Translations under genes and position numbers: made by a program
Part shown: in pieces, positions 46,728 to 56,881 of the stretch
How the letters are laid out: each line of letters starts with the position of its first letter
How positions within the stretch are numbered: the first letter of the stretch is position 1
Source: an uncultured Dehalococcoidaceae bacterium
GTDB taxonomy: Bacteria > Chloroflexota > Dehalococcoidia > Dehalococcoidales > RBG-16-60-22
Direction of reading: 5' to 3'
NCBI GenBank assembly: GCA_964503235.1
Contig: CAZCZJ010000002.1
Span: 144 to 64,143 of the forward strand
DNA length: 64,000 nucleotides
Notes under the pieces: generated by a model
The model's database searches: none
What the model was told of the DNA's origin: nothing
Seen by the model: the letters and a program-made list of their open reading frames with translations, nothing else

Positions 46728-46979
46728 TGATATACCTCCTGTATTGCCTTCCTAATTCCAGTGTATAACTCACGGATACGGCTTCCATCCGTTATAACAC
46801 GCCTTTACATTACATAAACCCCTCTAGTTGCGGAGCGTCTTCCACTAGTGAAGTTGCGGTTATGCCTTCCTGAGACAGGTGTAATCCGCCGAGTGAAAAC
46901 ACCTTTATACCAAAAATGATACGTATATTACACGGTATACAGGTAACAAATATTCTGATATCATGATATTGGGGTAGTA

Positions 46980-47648
46980 TTGATGAGCGATATCACTATA
47001 GTTCTGGGAGAAGACCACCTGATAACACGCCAGGGTATCCTCCGCCTGCTGGAAGACGAGGAAGGCTTGACGATAGTAGGCGAAGCCAGCAATGGCGAAG
47101 AGGCGGTGCAAATGGTCACCGATTTGAAGCCGGATGTGGTAATCATGGATATCGCCATGCCCAAGTTAAATGGCATTGAAGCTACCCGACAAATCAAGGT
47201 GAGTAATCCTCGTATCGGGGTGCTGATACTCAGCGCCTACGATGATGACGAGTATGTTTTTGCCATGCTTAAAGCCGGAGCCGCGGGCTACTTGTTGAAA
47301 AGCGTCAGCGGCGATGAGCTGGTTCGCGCCATTAAAGCTATTCACAATGGTGAATCCGTACTGGCCCCCGTTATTGCCAAGAAAGTAATGAATTATTTTA
47401 CAAATCAGAATAAGATACCTTCGGTTAAAGAAGACTCCGAACACCTCAGCAACCGGGAGCTGGACATTATCAAGCTGGCGGCCAAGGGCTTGACTAATAA
47501 AGAGATTGCCGACAAGCTTCACCTCAGCTATCGTACTATCGAAGGCCATATGAGGGATGTTTTCAACAAGCTGGGAGTCGGCTCCCGTACCGAGGCTGTT
47601 CTCTTTGGCCTGAGAAAAGGCTGGTTTACCCTGGAGGAATTAGCGTAG
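46980..47648 (+). CDS. NarL/LuxR-family response regulator
   Basis: Receiver (VLGEDH...DVVIMDIAMPKLNG) plus the LuxR HTH (LSNRELDIIKLAAKGLTNKEIADKLHLSYRTIEGHMRDVFNKLG). Confidence 0.9.
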   Translation: MMSDITIVLGEDHLITRQGILRLLEDEEGLTIVGEASNGEEAVQMVTDLKPDVVIMDIAMPKLNGIEATRQIKVSNPRIGVLILSAYDDDEYVFAMLKAGAAGYLLKSVSGDELVRAIKAIHNGESVLAPVIAKKVMNYFTNQNKIPSVKEDSEHLSNRELDIIKLAAKGLTNKEIADKLHLSYRTIEGHMRDVFNKLGVGSRTEAVLFGLRKGWFTLEELA

Positions 47649-47696
47649 TCTCCTCGGCTGACCGGGGAAATATTAACTGCTGTATAAATAATAGAT

Positions 47697-48779
47697 ATGC
47701 CATTAAGTTCAAAAACGCTTGCAAAAATCGTTGACGGTTCGGCTATACCCCTGTTCGTGATTAACAAAGAGCATGTAATTACCCACTGGAATAATGCTCT
47801 CGAGGCTCTATCCGGCAAAAAAAAAGACGACGTCATCGGCAGGGACGACCACTGGAAGGCATTCTACAGTGAAAAAAGACCTTCTATGGCTGACCTCATT
47901 GTGGAAGGAGCATCCGCTGAGGAGATAGAGGTATATTACCGCGGTAAGTTTAAAAAATCTCCCTTAATCGAAGACGCCTATGAAGCTGAAGACTTCTTCC
48001 CGCATCTGGGTAACAAAGGTATATGGCTTCATTTTACCGCCAGTCCCGTCAAAGATGATGATGGGGAAATTTATGGCGCTATTGAAACCCTGGTGGATAT
48101 TACCGAACGCAAAAATCTGGAAGACAATTTACGTTTCTTTTTACAGCAGATAACCAGAGCCCAGGAAGAAGAGCGGAAATATATCGCTCGCGAGCTTCAC
48201 GACGATATGGCACAGATTCTGGGGTCTCTTTCGCGGCGACTGGACAATCTCCTCAGGAAGGAGCACAATTTTGGGACAAGCGAGGCCTCAACTCTACAAG
48301 ATATCCAGGCTCTTCTGAATCAGGGATTGCAGTCTTTAAACGGCTTTATTCAAAACTTACGTCCTTCCTTGCTGGATGATTTGGGTTTGATACCGGCGCT
48401 GAGGTCGCTTACGAATAACCTTGAAAAGACCGATGGTACGCTTGCCGATTTTAAGGTAATTGGAGAGGAAAGACGGCTCACCAACGAAATTGAATTATCG
48501 CTGTTTCGTATTGTCCAGGAGGCACTCAATAACGTCAGTAAGCATGCTCAGGCAACCGAGGTAAACGTAACGGCTGAGTTTAGCGAAAGTGCGATAAAAT
48601 TAACCGTAAGTGATAACGGCAAGGGATTCGAACTCCAGGGAAGCATGGACGACCTGCCACGCATCGGTCAACTCGGACTGATGGGTATGCAGGAACGGGT
48701 ATGGTTATTAGGCGGCTCTATAGAAGTGAATTCGGAACCGGGTAAAGGGACCGAGTTAAAGGTTGACGTCCCGGCTTGA
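47697..48779 (+). CDS. PAS-domain sensor histidine kinase (HisKA_3 type)
   Basis: PAS block, H-box ELHDDMAQILGS, and HATPase_c DNGKGF...GLMGMQER. Confidence 0.9.
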   Translation: MPLSSKTLAKIVDGSAIPLFVINKEHVITHWNNALEALSGKKKDDVIGRDDHWKAFYSEKRPSMADLIVEGASAEEIEVYYRGKFKKSPLIEDAYEAEDFFPHLGNKGIWLHFTASPVKDDDGEIYGAIETLVDITERKNLEDNLRFFLQQITRAQEEERKYIARELHDDMAQILGSLSRRLDNLLRKEHNFGTSEASTLQDIQALLNQGLQSLNGFIQNLRPSLLDDLGLIPALRSLTNNLEKTDGTLADFKVIGEERRLTNEIELSLFRIVQEALNNVSKHAQATEVNVTAEFSESAIKLTVSDNGKGFELQGSMDDLPRIGQLGLMGMQERVWLLGGSIEVNSEPGKGTELKVDVPA

Positions 48780-48878
48780 ATGACAAAAAATAACCACCAG
48801 GGTAATATTCATTAACCACAGAGCATTTTATTACCGGGCTCGCCGGGATATTTTCAAATGGCAGTTGGTCTGGATTCC

Positions 48879-50006
48879 TTACTTGGCATCAGGCTTCTTC
48901 CGCGCCGCTCGCTGCTTGTCCAGTTCCTCCTCCGATTCGGCGCCTTTCAGGTCGAAGAATACCAGAGTATCTCTTTCCTCTTCTTTGACCAACTTTTTGT
49001 AGGCCTTTTCCGTGAGCTTGGGCGCATAGTGACACTGGAACATAATAAAAGGACGTTGTATTTTACCGTACCTTACGGGACCATGGACGACACCCGCTGG
49101 CATAAAAGTCAGTCCTGACTTACCCGTTCCGTCATAATATTCCATCTCCGTACCCATCCAATCCCCTCCCCCTTCCAACCCGGATACCTGTGGATTGTTC
49201 CAGTCTATGCCCAGTGTCCCCATTGCCTCGGGGTCATTATGCGAATGCGGACCGTGCTCCGGCCAGGGTTGGGGTTCGATAAACAGGGCCCAGAAGTGAT
49301 GGCACCCCTTGATAACATCATCATCGACGAACACCAGGGTCTGCGGCAGCCGCCCGAATTTGTACTGCTTCTTCTCCGGGCTGAGTTCGCTGAAGAAGTA
49401 CTTGCCGTATTTCGTCTCTCCCGGCGCCGTAGCTCTGGCCGGTTCTTCCTCCGCCGGTGCCGCTTTCAATGCATTGGCGAGTTCCTGAATTTTCTGGTAC
49501 TGCTCTGCTACTTCCTCGTCGGTCTGTGTGCCATCGAAATCGAAGAAGGCCATCTTGTCACGCTCGGTCTCAGGCACCAGCTCCATACATGGTGTTTCGG
49601 TGAGCCTTGGAGCGTCCACCGCCTGGATGAAGATGAAGGGTCTTCTCAGGTTCCTGAACCTTATGGGGCCGTGTATCAGGCCGGCAGGAATATACACCAG
49701 GTTGGATTCCGTGAAGACATGCCTCTCCATCTCCGGGCCGATGCACATCTCCACCTCACACCCCAGGTCATGGATATTGTCGGGATTCGATCCCAGGAAT
49801 ACCAGCAGTTCGTCGTCGGCATGGGTATGAGGCCCGTGTACGGGTCGAGGCAGGGATGTAACCCAGGAGGCCACGAAGTGATTGCTTCCCTTGATGATAC
49901 TATCGTCGGTAAACACTATCGTTTGTGGCCACCGTGCGAATCCCCGGTTTCTCTGCTCGGAGGATAACTCACTCAGACGTAAACTGGCATATTTCTTCTC
50001 TTCCAT
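48879..50006 (-). CDS. Bicupin protein of unknown function (paralog family copy 2, with acidic tails)
   Basis: Both halves keep the full cupin metal motifs (HTHADDE(x5)G with PAGLIH, and HSHNDPE with PAGVVH). Each half ends in (A/V)FFD(F/L)xG followed by an acidic tail. Confidence 0.6.
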   Translation of the reverse strand: MEEKKYASLRLSELSSEQRNRGFARWPQTIVFTDDSIIKGSNHFVASWVTSLPRPVHGPHTHADDELLVFLGSNPDNIHDLGCEVEMCIGPEMERHVFTESNLVYIPAGLIHGPIRFRNLRRPFIFIQAVDAPRLTETPCMELVPETERDKMAFFDFDGTQTDEEVAEQYQKIQELANALKAAPAEEEPARATAPGETKYGKYFFSELSPEKKQYKFGRLPQTLVFVDDDVIKGCHHFWALFIEPQPWPEHGPHSHNDPEAMGTLGIDWNNPQVSGLEGGGDWMGTEMEYYDGTGKSGLTFMPAGVVHGPVRYGKIQRPFIMFQCHYAPKLTEKAYKKLVKEEERDTLVFFDLKGAESEEELDKQRAARKKPDAK

Positions 50007-50229
50007 CTCTGTTATTCTCCTTTTTTCTAATAATCAAATAGTTATCTTTATCCATACTTTCAAATTATTTTGCATATGGTAACTGTAGAATAGTCTTTAC
50101 CCGTAATGTTGTCAACGCCTGCGGCCTATCCGGGAGTAATCTGCGGTCGGTTTGAGCCCCTGAGATGGGCGGCGGACACCTTTCTGCTGGAGACCCATGG
50201 CATTAAAGAACAGCTTCAGTCTTCAGTAT

Positions 50230-50664
50230 CTATGGGCTTTCCGTATCGTCGAGCCGGCGTTCCACGATGCCCAATTGTGTAAAGAGTGTTAATGAGTCCG
50301 CCACGTCCCAGTGCTCTGCAATCATCCCATTCTCAACTCGGAAGATATCGACGACGTTAAAGTTCAGGCGGTTGCCGGTGGGTGGCTGTCCGAGCCATAT
50401 GCCGCCGCTATGGGTGGCCGTTGTGGTGCTGTAAACCATCACGATATCATCCTCGGCGACGATTTTCTTAACGGTGTACCGGAAATCCGGCAGGGCTTTG
50501 AACGTATTTACGAAAAACTCCCGGAACCCGGCTTTGCCCGGCGGTACGTCTTCGTTATGCTGGATGTAGTCGTCCCGCATATAATCATCCAGCCGGCTGA
50601 GATCTTGCCGGACGAACACATCGGTGCAAAACGTCTCGACTATTTTATGGTTATCTGGTGTCAT
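50230..50664 (-). CDS. SnoaL-like / NTF2-fold protein (predicted ester cyclase type)
   Basis: 144 aa. The pattern ...YIQHN......G...F.......PD......I.AEDD.V.V........H.G.......PTG......V.DIFR.ENG.I.EHWD is typical of SnoaL-like cyclases. Confidence 0.7.
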   Translation of the reverse strand: MTPDNHKIVETFCTDVFVRQDLSRLDDYMRDDYIQHNEDVPPGKAGFREFFVNTFKALPDFRYTVKKIVAEDDIVMVYSTTTATHSGGIWLGQPPTGNRLNFNVVDIFRVENGMIAEHWDVADSLTLFTQLGIVERRLDDTESP

Positions 50665-50703
50665 GGCACCTCCTGAATTTTCCTGGCTTATTGGTGCAGG
50701 GTA

Positions 50704-51486
50704 CTATGTTGAGGACATACCGCCGTCCACCGGCATGGCGTGCCCGGTGATGAAGGAAGCTTCGTCAGAGCAGAGCCAGGCAACGGCCTCGCCCATGTCC
50801 TCCGGAGTAGCCAGCCGTTTCATCGGGATTATATCGAGCATGTGCCCTCCTTCGTCCGGCATGGAACTAGTAAGGTAATCCATCAGCAGGGTACGTTCCG
50901 TGGGTCCCGGCAGGATAACGTTTACCCGGATGCCGTCAGTAGCGTATTCCAGTGCCGCCGTCTTGGTGAGGCTGACTACACCACTCTTGCTGGCGGAGTA
51001 GGCGCAGAAGCCAAGCGCCGGTTTTAACGCACCCACCGAGGAAGTATTGACGATAGCCCCGTAGCCTTGCTTGGTCATCTGCTGTATCTCGTACTTCATG
51101 CAGAGAAAAACACCCTTGAGGTTGATGTCCAGCGTGCGGTCCCAGATCTCCTCCGGACAATCAGCGATTTTCACGATGGGTACACGTTTGCCGTCCGGTC
51201 CGATACCGGCGTTGTTAAACGCAAAGTCGAGTCGCCCGTAGGTATCGACGCACGCCTTGACCAGGGCCTCAACTTCCTCTGCTCGTGAAACGTCGCACTT
51301 TATAAAAGTGGCTTTACCCCCGGCGGATTCGATAAGATTAACCGTTTCTTCACCGCCCTTGATGTTGGCGTCTGTGGAGACGATAACGCTGGCGCCGTAA
51401 CGGGCGAAAATCTGGGCAGCCCCCCGACCGATACCGGAAGCGGCTCCGGTTATCAACGCCACTTTATTTTCAAATTTACGTGCCAT
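50704..51486 (-). CDS. Short-chain dehydrogenase/reductase (classical SDR)
   Basis: TGAASGIGRG cofactor motif, NNAG, and the catalytic YSASK. Confidence 0.9.
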   Translation of the reverse strand: MARKFENKVALITGAASGIGRGAAQIFARYGASVIVSTDANIKGGEETVNLIESAGGKATFIKCDVSRAEEVEALVKACVDTYGRLDFAFNNAGIGPDGKRVPIVKIADCPEEIWDRTLDINLKGVFLCMKYEIQQMTKQGYGAIVNTSSVGALKPALGFCAYSASKSGVVSLTKTAALEYATDGIRVNVILPGPTERTLLMDYLTSSMPDEGGHMLDIIPMKRLATPEDMGEAVAWLCSDEASFITGHAMPVDGGMSST

Positions 51487-51611
51487 GATTTCACCTCTTC
51501 TGTACTAAAATACTTTCCGGATATCACCTCAACTTAGATTACCCGAATTATCAATTGCCGTCACTCTCCCTTTAAATTATTATGGTGTCATCGAACCTTA
51601 TAGAGTAAAGG

Positions 51612-53135
51612 TTAATCGTCCGCTGTTATATAGTTAGTGGATTCCGATGCTGCGTTCGGGTCAAACGTTTTCTTGAACTTCCTCAACCATTTATGATAGT
51701 TCGATGTGTGTGGCCCGTACTGGTTATGAACGGCATCACCCCAGGCATGACCCGGTACTCCGAAGTGACCCTCGATAGCCGTTTTGTTAGCAAACTGTGC
51801 AATCTCACCCGCTACTTTCATTGATTCAGGGTCTTGCTTATTAAACCGGATAAGCAGCTCGGCATGTCCGGCATGTCCGTGTTCAACTGATTGCACGAAT
51901 GGATCCGTACCATCAGCCAGCAGCTTTCCTTCGTCAATATAGCGTTGTTTGACCGGGGATGAACGCAGAATATATTGATGCATGAGAGGGAATACATCGG
52001 TACCGCCGACTTCCCCGGCGAAGATTCCAGAGGCTCGAGCTACCTCTCTAATGGAGCTGGTAACTCTGATGAAACGCCACATGAAACCACCGGCATTTTG
52101 GGGGTCTTCAACAGCCTCAAGAGGCTGGCCGTTATGCTCGTCAATGATTTGCTGTAATGCCTTCTTTTTATATTCGGTGTCTCTCGGAGAGTTACCGGCC
52201 ATGATGATTAAGAAACCCGGCCCCTGGACCGATTCGGTAAATTGTTTCAAGTAGGCAAGGTCTTCATTGTTATTCGTGGCGATATTTGCCGAAATCATGC
52301 CCGGATTAAAACCCATTAATATGAACCCTATTTCAGCTTCACCGACCTTTTGCGCTGCCTGGCTTAGTTTTTCCGCTGACGGGAAGGAGATATACCGTAT
52401 CATAAAACCCGGGGGTATCTGGCTTGGTCTGTAATGTGGTGAGACTCCTTCGATGGGAAATGTCGCCGGTCCCGGCCAGTGATAAATTTTTTGGGCTGCT
52501 TTGGTATAGACACCTAGTCCACCCATTGGCATCACATTACCCCGGATAATACCCCTTAAAGATGGGCCCGGACCATCGCCGCACCACCACTGACCTATTG
52601 ACCCCAGCGAACCCGCCCTGACTATATCGCCGTCGGGGGTTACCCATTCCAGGGCCAGTTGGTTTCTCTCCCCGTAGCTGCCGCTGACACTCAGATGTCC
52701 TATCCCCTGATGAGCCGCCAGAGGGAGCGCCGAGCAGTTGCTGCCGGCGCCGGTGATATTGCAATTCAAGCCTCTTTTCATTAGCTCGGCCTGCAGCTGG
52801 GCATAAATCACATAGGGTTCAACGACCACATACATGTTTTTCTCGTTGATTTCCAGGATGCGGTTCATCCTCCTTAAGTCCAGTTTAACGACGCCCGGGC
52901 CACCGGCATCGCCATAGGCCCCCCAGCCTGTACTCGATGCCTTAAACTGCAACTTGAACCGGTTACAGAGTCTGACTATCGCCTGGACTTCCCCGGTGGT
53001 TTTAGGAAGAGTCACGGCTTCAAACCTGGGTCTCCCCCGCTGAGCGTAGGAACCCAGTATCACAGCAGCTTCGGAAATATTTTCCTGTCCTACCACATCT
53101 TCCAATGCTTGATACAGTTCTCTCTTTAAAGCCAT
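51612..53135 (-). CDS. FAD-binding PCMH-type oxidoreductase (FAD_binding_4 family), divergent
   Basis: 507 aa with an N-terminal FAD-binding domain pattern (...VTLPKTTGEVQAIVRLCN......SSTGWG...). There is a 2-nt gap to the upstream Fe-S gene. Confidence 0.75.
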   Translation of the reverse strand: MALKRELYQALEDVVGQENISEAAVILGSYAQRGRPRFEAVTLPKTTGEVQAIVRLCNRFKLQFKASSTGWGAYGDAGGPGVVKLDLRRMNRILEINEKNMYVVVEPYVIYAQLQAELMKRGLNCNITGAGSNCSALPLAAHQGIGHLSVSGSYGERNQLALEWVTPDGDIVRAGSLGSIGQWWCGDGPGPSLRGIIRGNVMPMGGLGVYTKAAQKIYHWPGPATFPIEGVSPHYRPSQIPPGFMIRYISFPSAEKLSQAAQKVGEAEIGFILMGFNPGMISANIATNNNEDLAYLKQFTESVQGPGFLIIMAGNSPRDTEYKKKALQQIIDEHNGQPLEAVEDPQNAGGFMWRFIRVTSSIREVARASGIFAGEVGGTDVFPLMHQYILRSSPVKQRYIDEGKLLADGTDPFVQSVEHGHAGHAELLIRFNKQDPESMKVAGEIAQFANKTAIEGHFGVPGHAWGDAVHNQYGPHTSNYHKWLRKFKKTFDPNAASESTNYITADD

Positions 53136-53137
53136 GA

Positions 53138-54421
53138 TTAATGACCTCCTTTTTCGATGGCCTTAGCTAAAAGCTCAACGACATCATATACCTTGAGGCC
53201 GCTCCCGTTTTCTTTGATGGCGTCTCTAAAGTTCTGCTCGCATCCTGGGCAAGCGGTCACTATAGCCTCAGCCCCGGTGGACTCAGCTTCGTCTATCCTC
53301 TCTCTGGCAGTCCACCCGGCAAACTCGGGATTTGTCTCTTTAATGCCCCCGCCGGCCCCGCAGCACCAGGCGTATTCCTTTATCCGGTCCATCTCAATAA
53401 GCTTCAGGCCGGGAATACTCTTGAGGACATCCCGCGGGGGTTCGTAAACACCGTAGGTGCCCCGCCTGAATTCTTTCGGCGGATCGAAGATGCGTATGTG
53501 TCCGGGGACCGGTTTCCCTTCCCAGTGTAGGTACGGCTCTCCCAGCCTGCCGAGGTGACAGGGGTCATGATAGGTGACTTTAACATTAACCTTCCGGGTC
53601 GGTTTCAGCCTGCCCTCTTCTATCAATCGGGCAAGGTATTCCGTGGTATGCAGTACTTCCAGATTACCCTTCAAGTCGAATTTATCGTAGAGCACTTTGA
53701 AGGCGTAATAGCAATCGGCACAGCCTGTTACTAAAATTTCCGCGCCCGATTTCTTAATCATTTCCATGTTCTTTTTGGCCTGATTTAAGAAATCGACCTC
53801 GTAACCCATCTGGTAAGCCCGGCCGCCACAACATGTCTCGCTTTCTCCAGCGATGCCGATGTCGATACCAGCAACTTTCAGTAATTTGACCGCGTCTTTA
53901 GCCACCTTCCACATATCTTTGTCGTAACAGACCCTGCATCCGGCGTGGTAGATAACCTTGGCCTGCTGCTTGGTGATATCTTTCACTTCCAATCCCGCGG
54001 CCCACTCGCCGCGCCGGGCTTTCGACCCCGCTATCATCGTGCCCCGTGTCCGCAGACTGTTAATAACGCTATCCAGCACAGGGAGAGTGTGACCGTCCTC
54101 AACACACTTAATTCTGATTTCATTTATCGGCTCCAGCACTTCCATGTCCATGGCGTACTTACACGAGATATCACAGGCACCGCACATCTGGCAATTGTAA
54201 ACAACCTCGAGAAGCTTCTCGTCATATTCAAGTTCCTTTTCCAGCATGGCTATGCCCATACCCATTCTGCCGCCGCCGGAATAGGTATGGTAGTTGTACC
54301 TGGCTATGCTGGGGCAAACGTATGAATGCTGTTTTTCCTTTAGCTTTTCCAGCGGGACAAATTTACATATAGAGCAGCGGCAGCACATTTCCATATCACT
54401 TCTATAGTCTTCCAGCGCCAT
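53138..54421 (-). CDS. GlcF/HdrD-like Fe-S oxidoreductase with two 4Fe-4S motifs and two CCG domains
   Basis: CCRCSICKFVP...CP and CQMCGACDISC, with CCG motifs ETCCGGRAY and AWCCGAGGG. Confidence 0.85.
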   Translation of the reverse strand: MALEDYRSDMEMCCRCSICKFVPLEKLKEKQHSYVCPSIARYNYHTYSGGGRMGMGIAMLEKELEYDEKLLEVVYNCQMCGACDISCKYAMDMEVLEPINEIRIKCVEDGHTLPVLDSVINSLRTRGTMIAGSKARRGEWAAGLEVKDITKQQAKVIYHAGCRVCYDKDMWKVAKDAVKLLKVAGIDIGIAGESETCCGGRAYQMGYEVDFLNQAKKNMEMIKKSGAEILVTGCADCYYAFKVLYDKFDLKGNLEVLHTTEYLARLIEEGRLKPTRKVNVKVTYHDPCHLGRLGEPYLHWEGKPVPGHIRIFDPPKEFRRGTYGVYEPPRDVLKSIPGLKLIEMDRIKEYAWCCGAGGGIKETNPEFAGWTARERIDEAESTGAEAIVTACPGCEQNFRDAIKENGSGLKVYDVVELLAKAIEKGGH

Positions 54422-54457
54422 TTCTTTCCCTCCTTAGATTATCCGCGTGGTTATGCA

Positions 54458-55924
54458 TTAAAAACACAGCTTCCCCGGATTCATAATATTGCTGGGGTCT
54501 AATACGGACTTAACCTTTTTCAAGGCAGCTACGGTGGCAGCGTCCCGATTAATAATCGACCCGGTGCTGGTGCCGTAAGGCCTCGAGAAGAATGCCCCTT
54601 TAGCCATCAGGCTCGTGATGACCCGTTCGGATAGCTCCTTGACCCGGGCAGACTCGCTCCGGTTTCCCGGGTCATAAAACAGGTTGAATTCGCCATGGCA
54701 GTTGGTGCCCTGTACAATCGGCTGGAGGTAAATACCCATTTCGGAAGTCGGGTAGCCTATCGCTTTAGCCTCATCGAACATGGTGTCGACTAAACCGGGG
54801 AGATTATCATAGATGGTCAAGAAAAATATGTCATGGCAGGCCCCTTTATGACGCAGCTTCCAGTAGGGCTCCCCGGAGGGGCGCTGGGCTGCTTTTAACA
54901 ACTCAGAAGCCGATACCTCACCGATGGCCTGTACCGGTTCCAGGCCCACCCGCTGGGCTATCTCCGTCATATCAACTATCTGTCCGCTCACCCTCTCCTC
55001 CGCCAGGTATTCATAGCCGGCGATATTAAAGAAAAGTATCCAGGGAGGCAGAGCGTCCTTGAGTTCCCGGTAATCACCGGGCCATCTCTTCGCAATGATA
55101 GCTGCCAGATTGGCATTGTTAAGCACAAAGCACTCGTTAACCAGTCTCAGCCTTATCAGCCAGTGAACCATTTCCAGTATCGTGTCAAGCTTTGATGAGC
55201 CAATCAGAAATGGCTCTTCGAGTCCGGGGATGAGTTCGCATCTCGCCGACGCCCACGTTACGATACCCATCGTTCCCTGGGCGCCCTGAATAATCCTGTA
55301 CAGGGAAAAGGCCGATGGGCCTGCCGCCTCCTTCTGGGCACCTCCGGCGGTCCATTGCTCTTCCAGCGTGCCCGGTCCGGCGGCCGCTCCCGTACGGAAC
55401 ATATCGCCGGTGCCGAAAATTACCTCGACGCAGGCCAGTGGGTCGCCGATATCCCAGTGATATTTAGGCATTACTACGGGCTCCCTCTCCAGCAAACTGC
55501 CGGTAACGGATTTTAGCCGGCGTGGCAGTAAAGGCATATTAAGCCTGAGCCCCTCTCTGGCTACGGCCGGTATCAGTTCGTCAAAGGTTACGCCCGGCTC
55601 GAACATAGCCACTCTGTTGGTCCGGTCGACCCTGATAATTTTTTTCATGCCGCTTAAGTCGACGATAACAGCACCGCCGATGCCGGGAACGGTATCGCCC
55701 CGGAAGTGTGGAGGTCCCGAGCTTACCGGTACGAGTGGCGTTAGCGTTTCATTGGCCAGCTTTACTATCGCCTCTATATCAGCCATAGTTTTTGGCTTAA
55801 CTATACATCCCGGCTTTACCGCATTAACGAAACTCATATCTCTGGAAAATTCTTCCAGCGTCGCCCGTTCCCGGTTGATATTACCAGCGCTGACTATCGC
55901 TGCGAGCTTATCTTCTGCAATCAT
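54458..55924 (-). CDS. GlcD-like FAD-binding oxidoreductase (FAD_binding_4 plus FAD-oxidase_C)
   Basis: 488 aa with an FAD-binding domain (VKPKTMADIEAIVKLANE....VSSG....G). The C-terminal ...LDPSNIMNPGKL is typical of this family. Confidence 0.85.
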   Translation of the reverse strand: MIAEDKLAAIVSAGNINRERATLEEFSRDMSFVNAVKPGCIVKPKTMADIEAIVKLANETLTPLVPVSSGPPHFRGDTVPGIGGAVIVDLSGMKKIIRVDRTNRVAMFEPGVTFDELIPAVAREGLRLNMPLLPRRLKSVTGSLLEREPVVMPKYHWDIGDPLACVEVIFGTGDMFRTGAAAGPGTLEEQWTAGGAQKEAAGPSAFSLYRIIQGAQGTMGIVTWASARCELIPGLEEPFLIGSSKLDTILEMVHWLIRLRLVNECFVLNNANLAAIIAKRWPGDYRELKDALPPWILFFNIAGYEYLAEERVSGQIVDMTEIAQRVGLEPVQAIGEVSASELLKAAQRPSGEPYWKLRHKGACHDIFFLTIYDNLPGLVDTMFDEAKAIGYPTSEMGIYLQPIVQGTNCHGEFNLFYDPGNRSESARVKELSERVITSLMAKGAFFSRPYGTSTGSIINRDAATVAALKKVKSVLDPSNIMNPGKLCF

Positions 55925-56026
55925 CGTAGCCCCCTTGCTCTTCCTGATTTGAGTTGCTGGCTTCTAGAATTTTGAGGATATGTCCTGTGATTACCGGACG
56001 TTATGCCAGCCCCGGCAGTATGACAA

Positions 56027-56881
56027 TTATCGGGATGCCGGTATTCTTTCGTACCTGGGTGCAAAGTAAACATCAAGATGGATGACAGGTTTATCGACTC
56101 TTTTATATTCCATAGGACAGTGCATTAACCCCGGAGGGATATGGAGAACCGTAGGTGTGGTGATAACATGCTTTTCGCCCTCATCGCCCAGGTATACCTC
56201 GATTTCGGCATCAAATTTCCTTATATCCTCCGGATCACTCCCCAGAAAACAGAAGAACTGGTGGAAATCGTGTCTGTGGGGCTCTTCCTGGAACATCCTC
56301 GGTTCCAAAACCGGTACCACGATCCACCCCGCATCAATCCCATATTCGGTGGTGGAGAAGTGGAAAGTCGGTACCGGCGGTCCGAACTGGGCCGGTGCGA
56401 TATTGGCCGGGACGAAGTGTTTACTGTATTTTGTTCCCGGCATTTGTCTGTTGGGTACGTCAGGTATGACTGTGTCTTTTTTCACATAATCATCTGAGAA
56501 GAAGACGTCGAATTGGTATACAGGTTTATCAACCTTTAACCATCCACCGGGGCAATGAGGCGTCCCCGGCGGGAGAATCTGAACGGTGGGGGTATTAACG
56601 ATATGCTTTTCCTGTTCCTCACCCAAACATATATATTCTTCGGCTTCAAACTCTCCTATATTATCAGGATTGGCTCCGAACCAGTTTATAAACTGAAAGA
56701 AATCGTGGCTATGAGTGGGTAAACCCTCGCCGGTGGAGACTTCAGTAACGGGTAGCAAGACGATTGTTGCGTTAACTCCATACTTGGTAGCGACGAAATA
56801 GAGAACGTGTAATCCCTTCCCTCCCCTGTCCAGTTGAAAGGGGGCTTTTATTAAATGCTTACCGTATTTCGTTTTGGCCAT
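56027..56881 (-). CDS. Bicupin protein of unknown function (paralog family copy 3)
   Basis: The start is placed at the ATG at 56881 (MAKTKYGKHLIK), by analogy with the other copies and an AGAAAGAGG RBS. The halves carry HSHDFFQ with PPGTPHCP, and HRHDFHQ with PPGLMHCP. Confidence 0.6.
   Translation of the reverse strand: MAKTKYGKHLIKAPFQLDRGGKGLHVLYFVATKYGVNATIVLLPVTEVSTGEGLPTHSHDFFQFINWFGANPDNIGEFEAEEYICLGEEQEKHIVNTPTVQILPPGTPHCPGGWLKVDKPVYQFDVFFSDDYVKKDTVIPDVPNRQMPGTKYSKHFVPANIAPAQFGPPVPTFHFSTTEYGIDAGWIVVPVLEPRMFQEEPHRHDFHQFFCFLGSDPEDIRKFDAEIEVYLGDEGEKHVITTPTVLHIPPGLMHCPMEYKRVDKPVIHLDVYFAPRYERIPASR

Noticed and set aside
48610-48632. GGGATTCGAACTCC, resembling a tRNA T-arm
   Set aside because: It lies inside the kinase CDS, where it encodes GKGFELQG. 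No acceptor, D or anticodon arms can be drawn around it.
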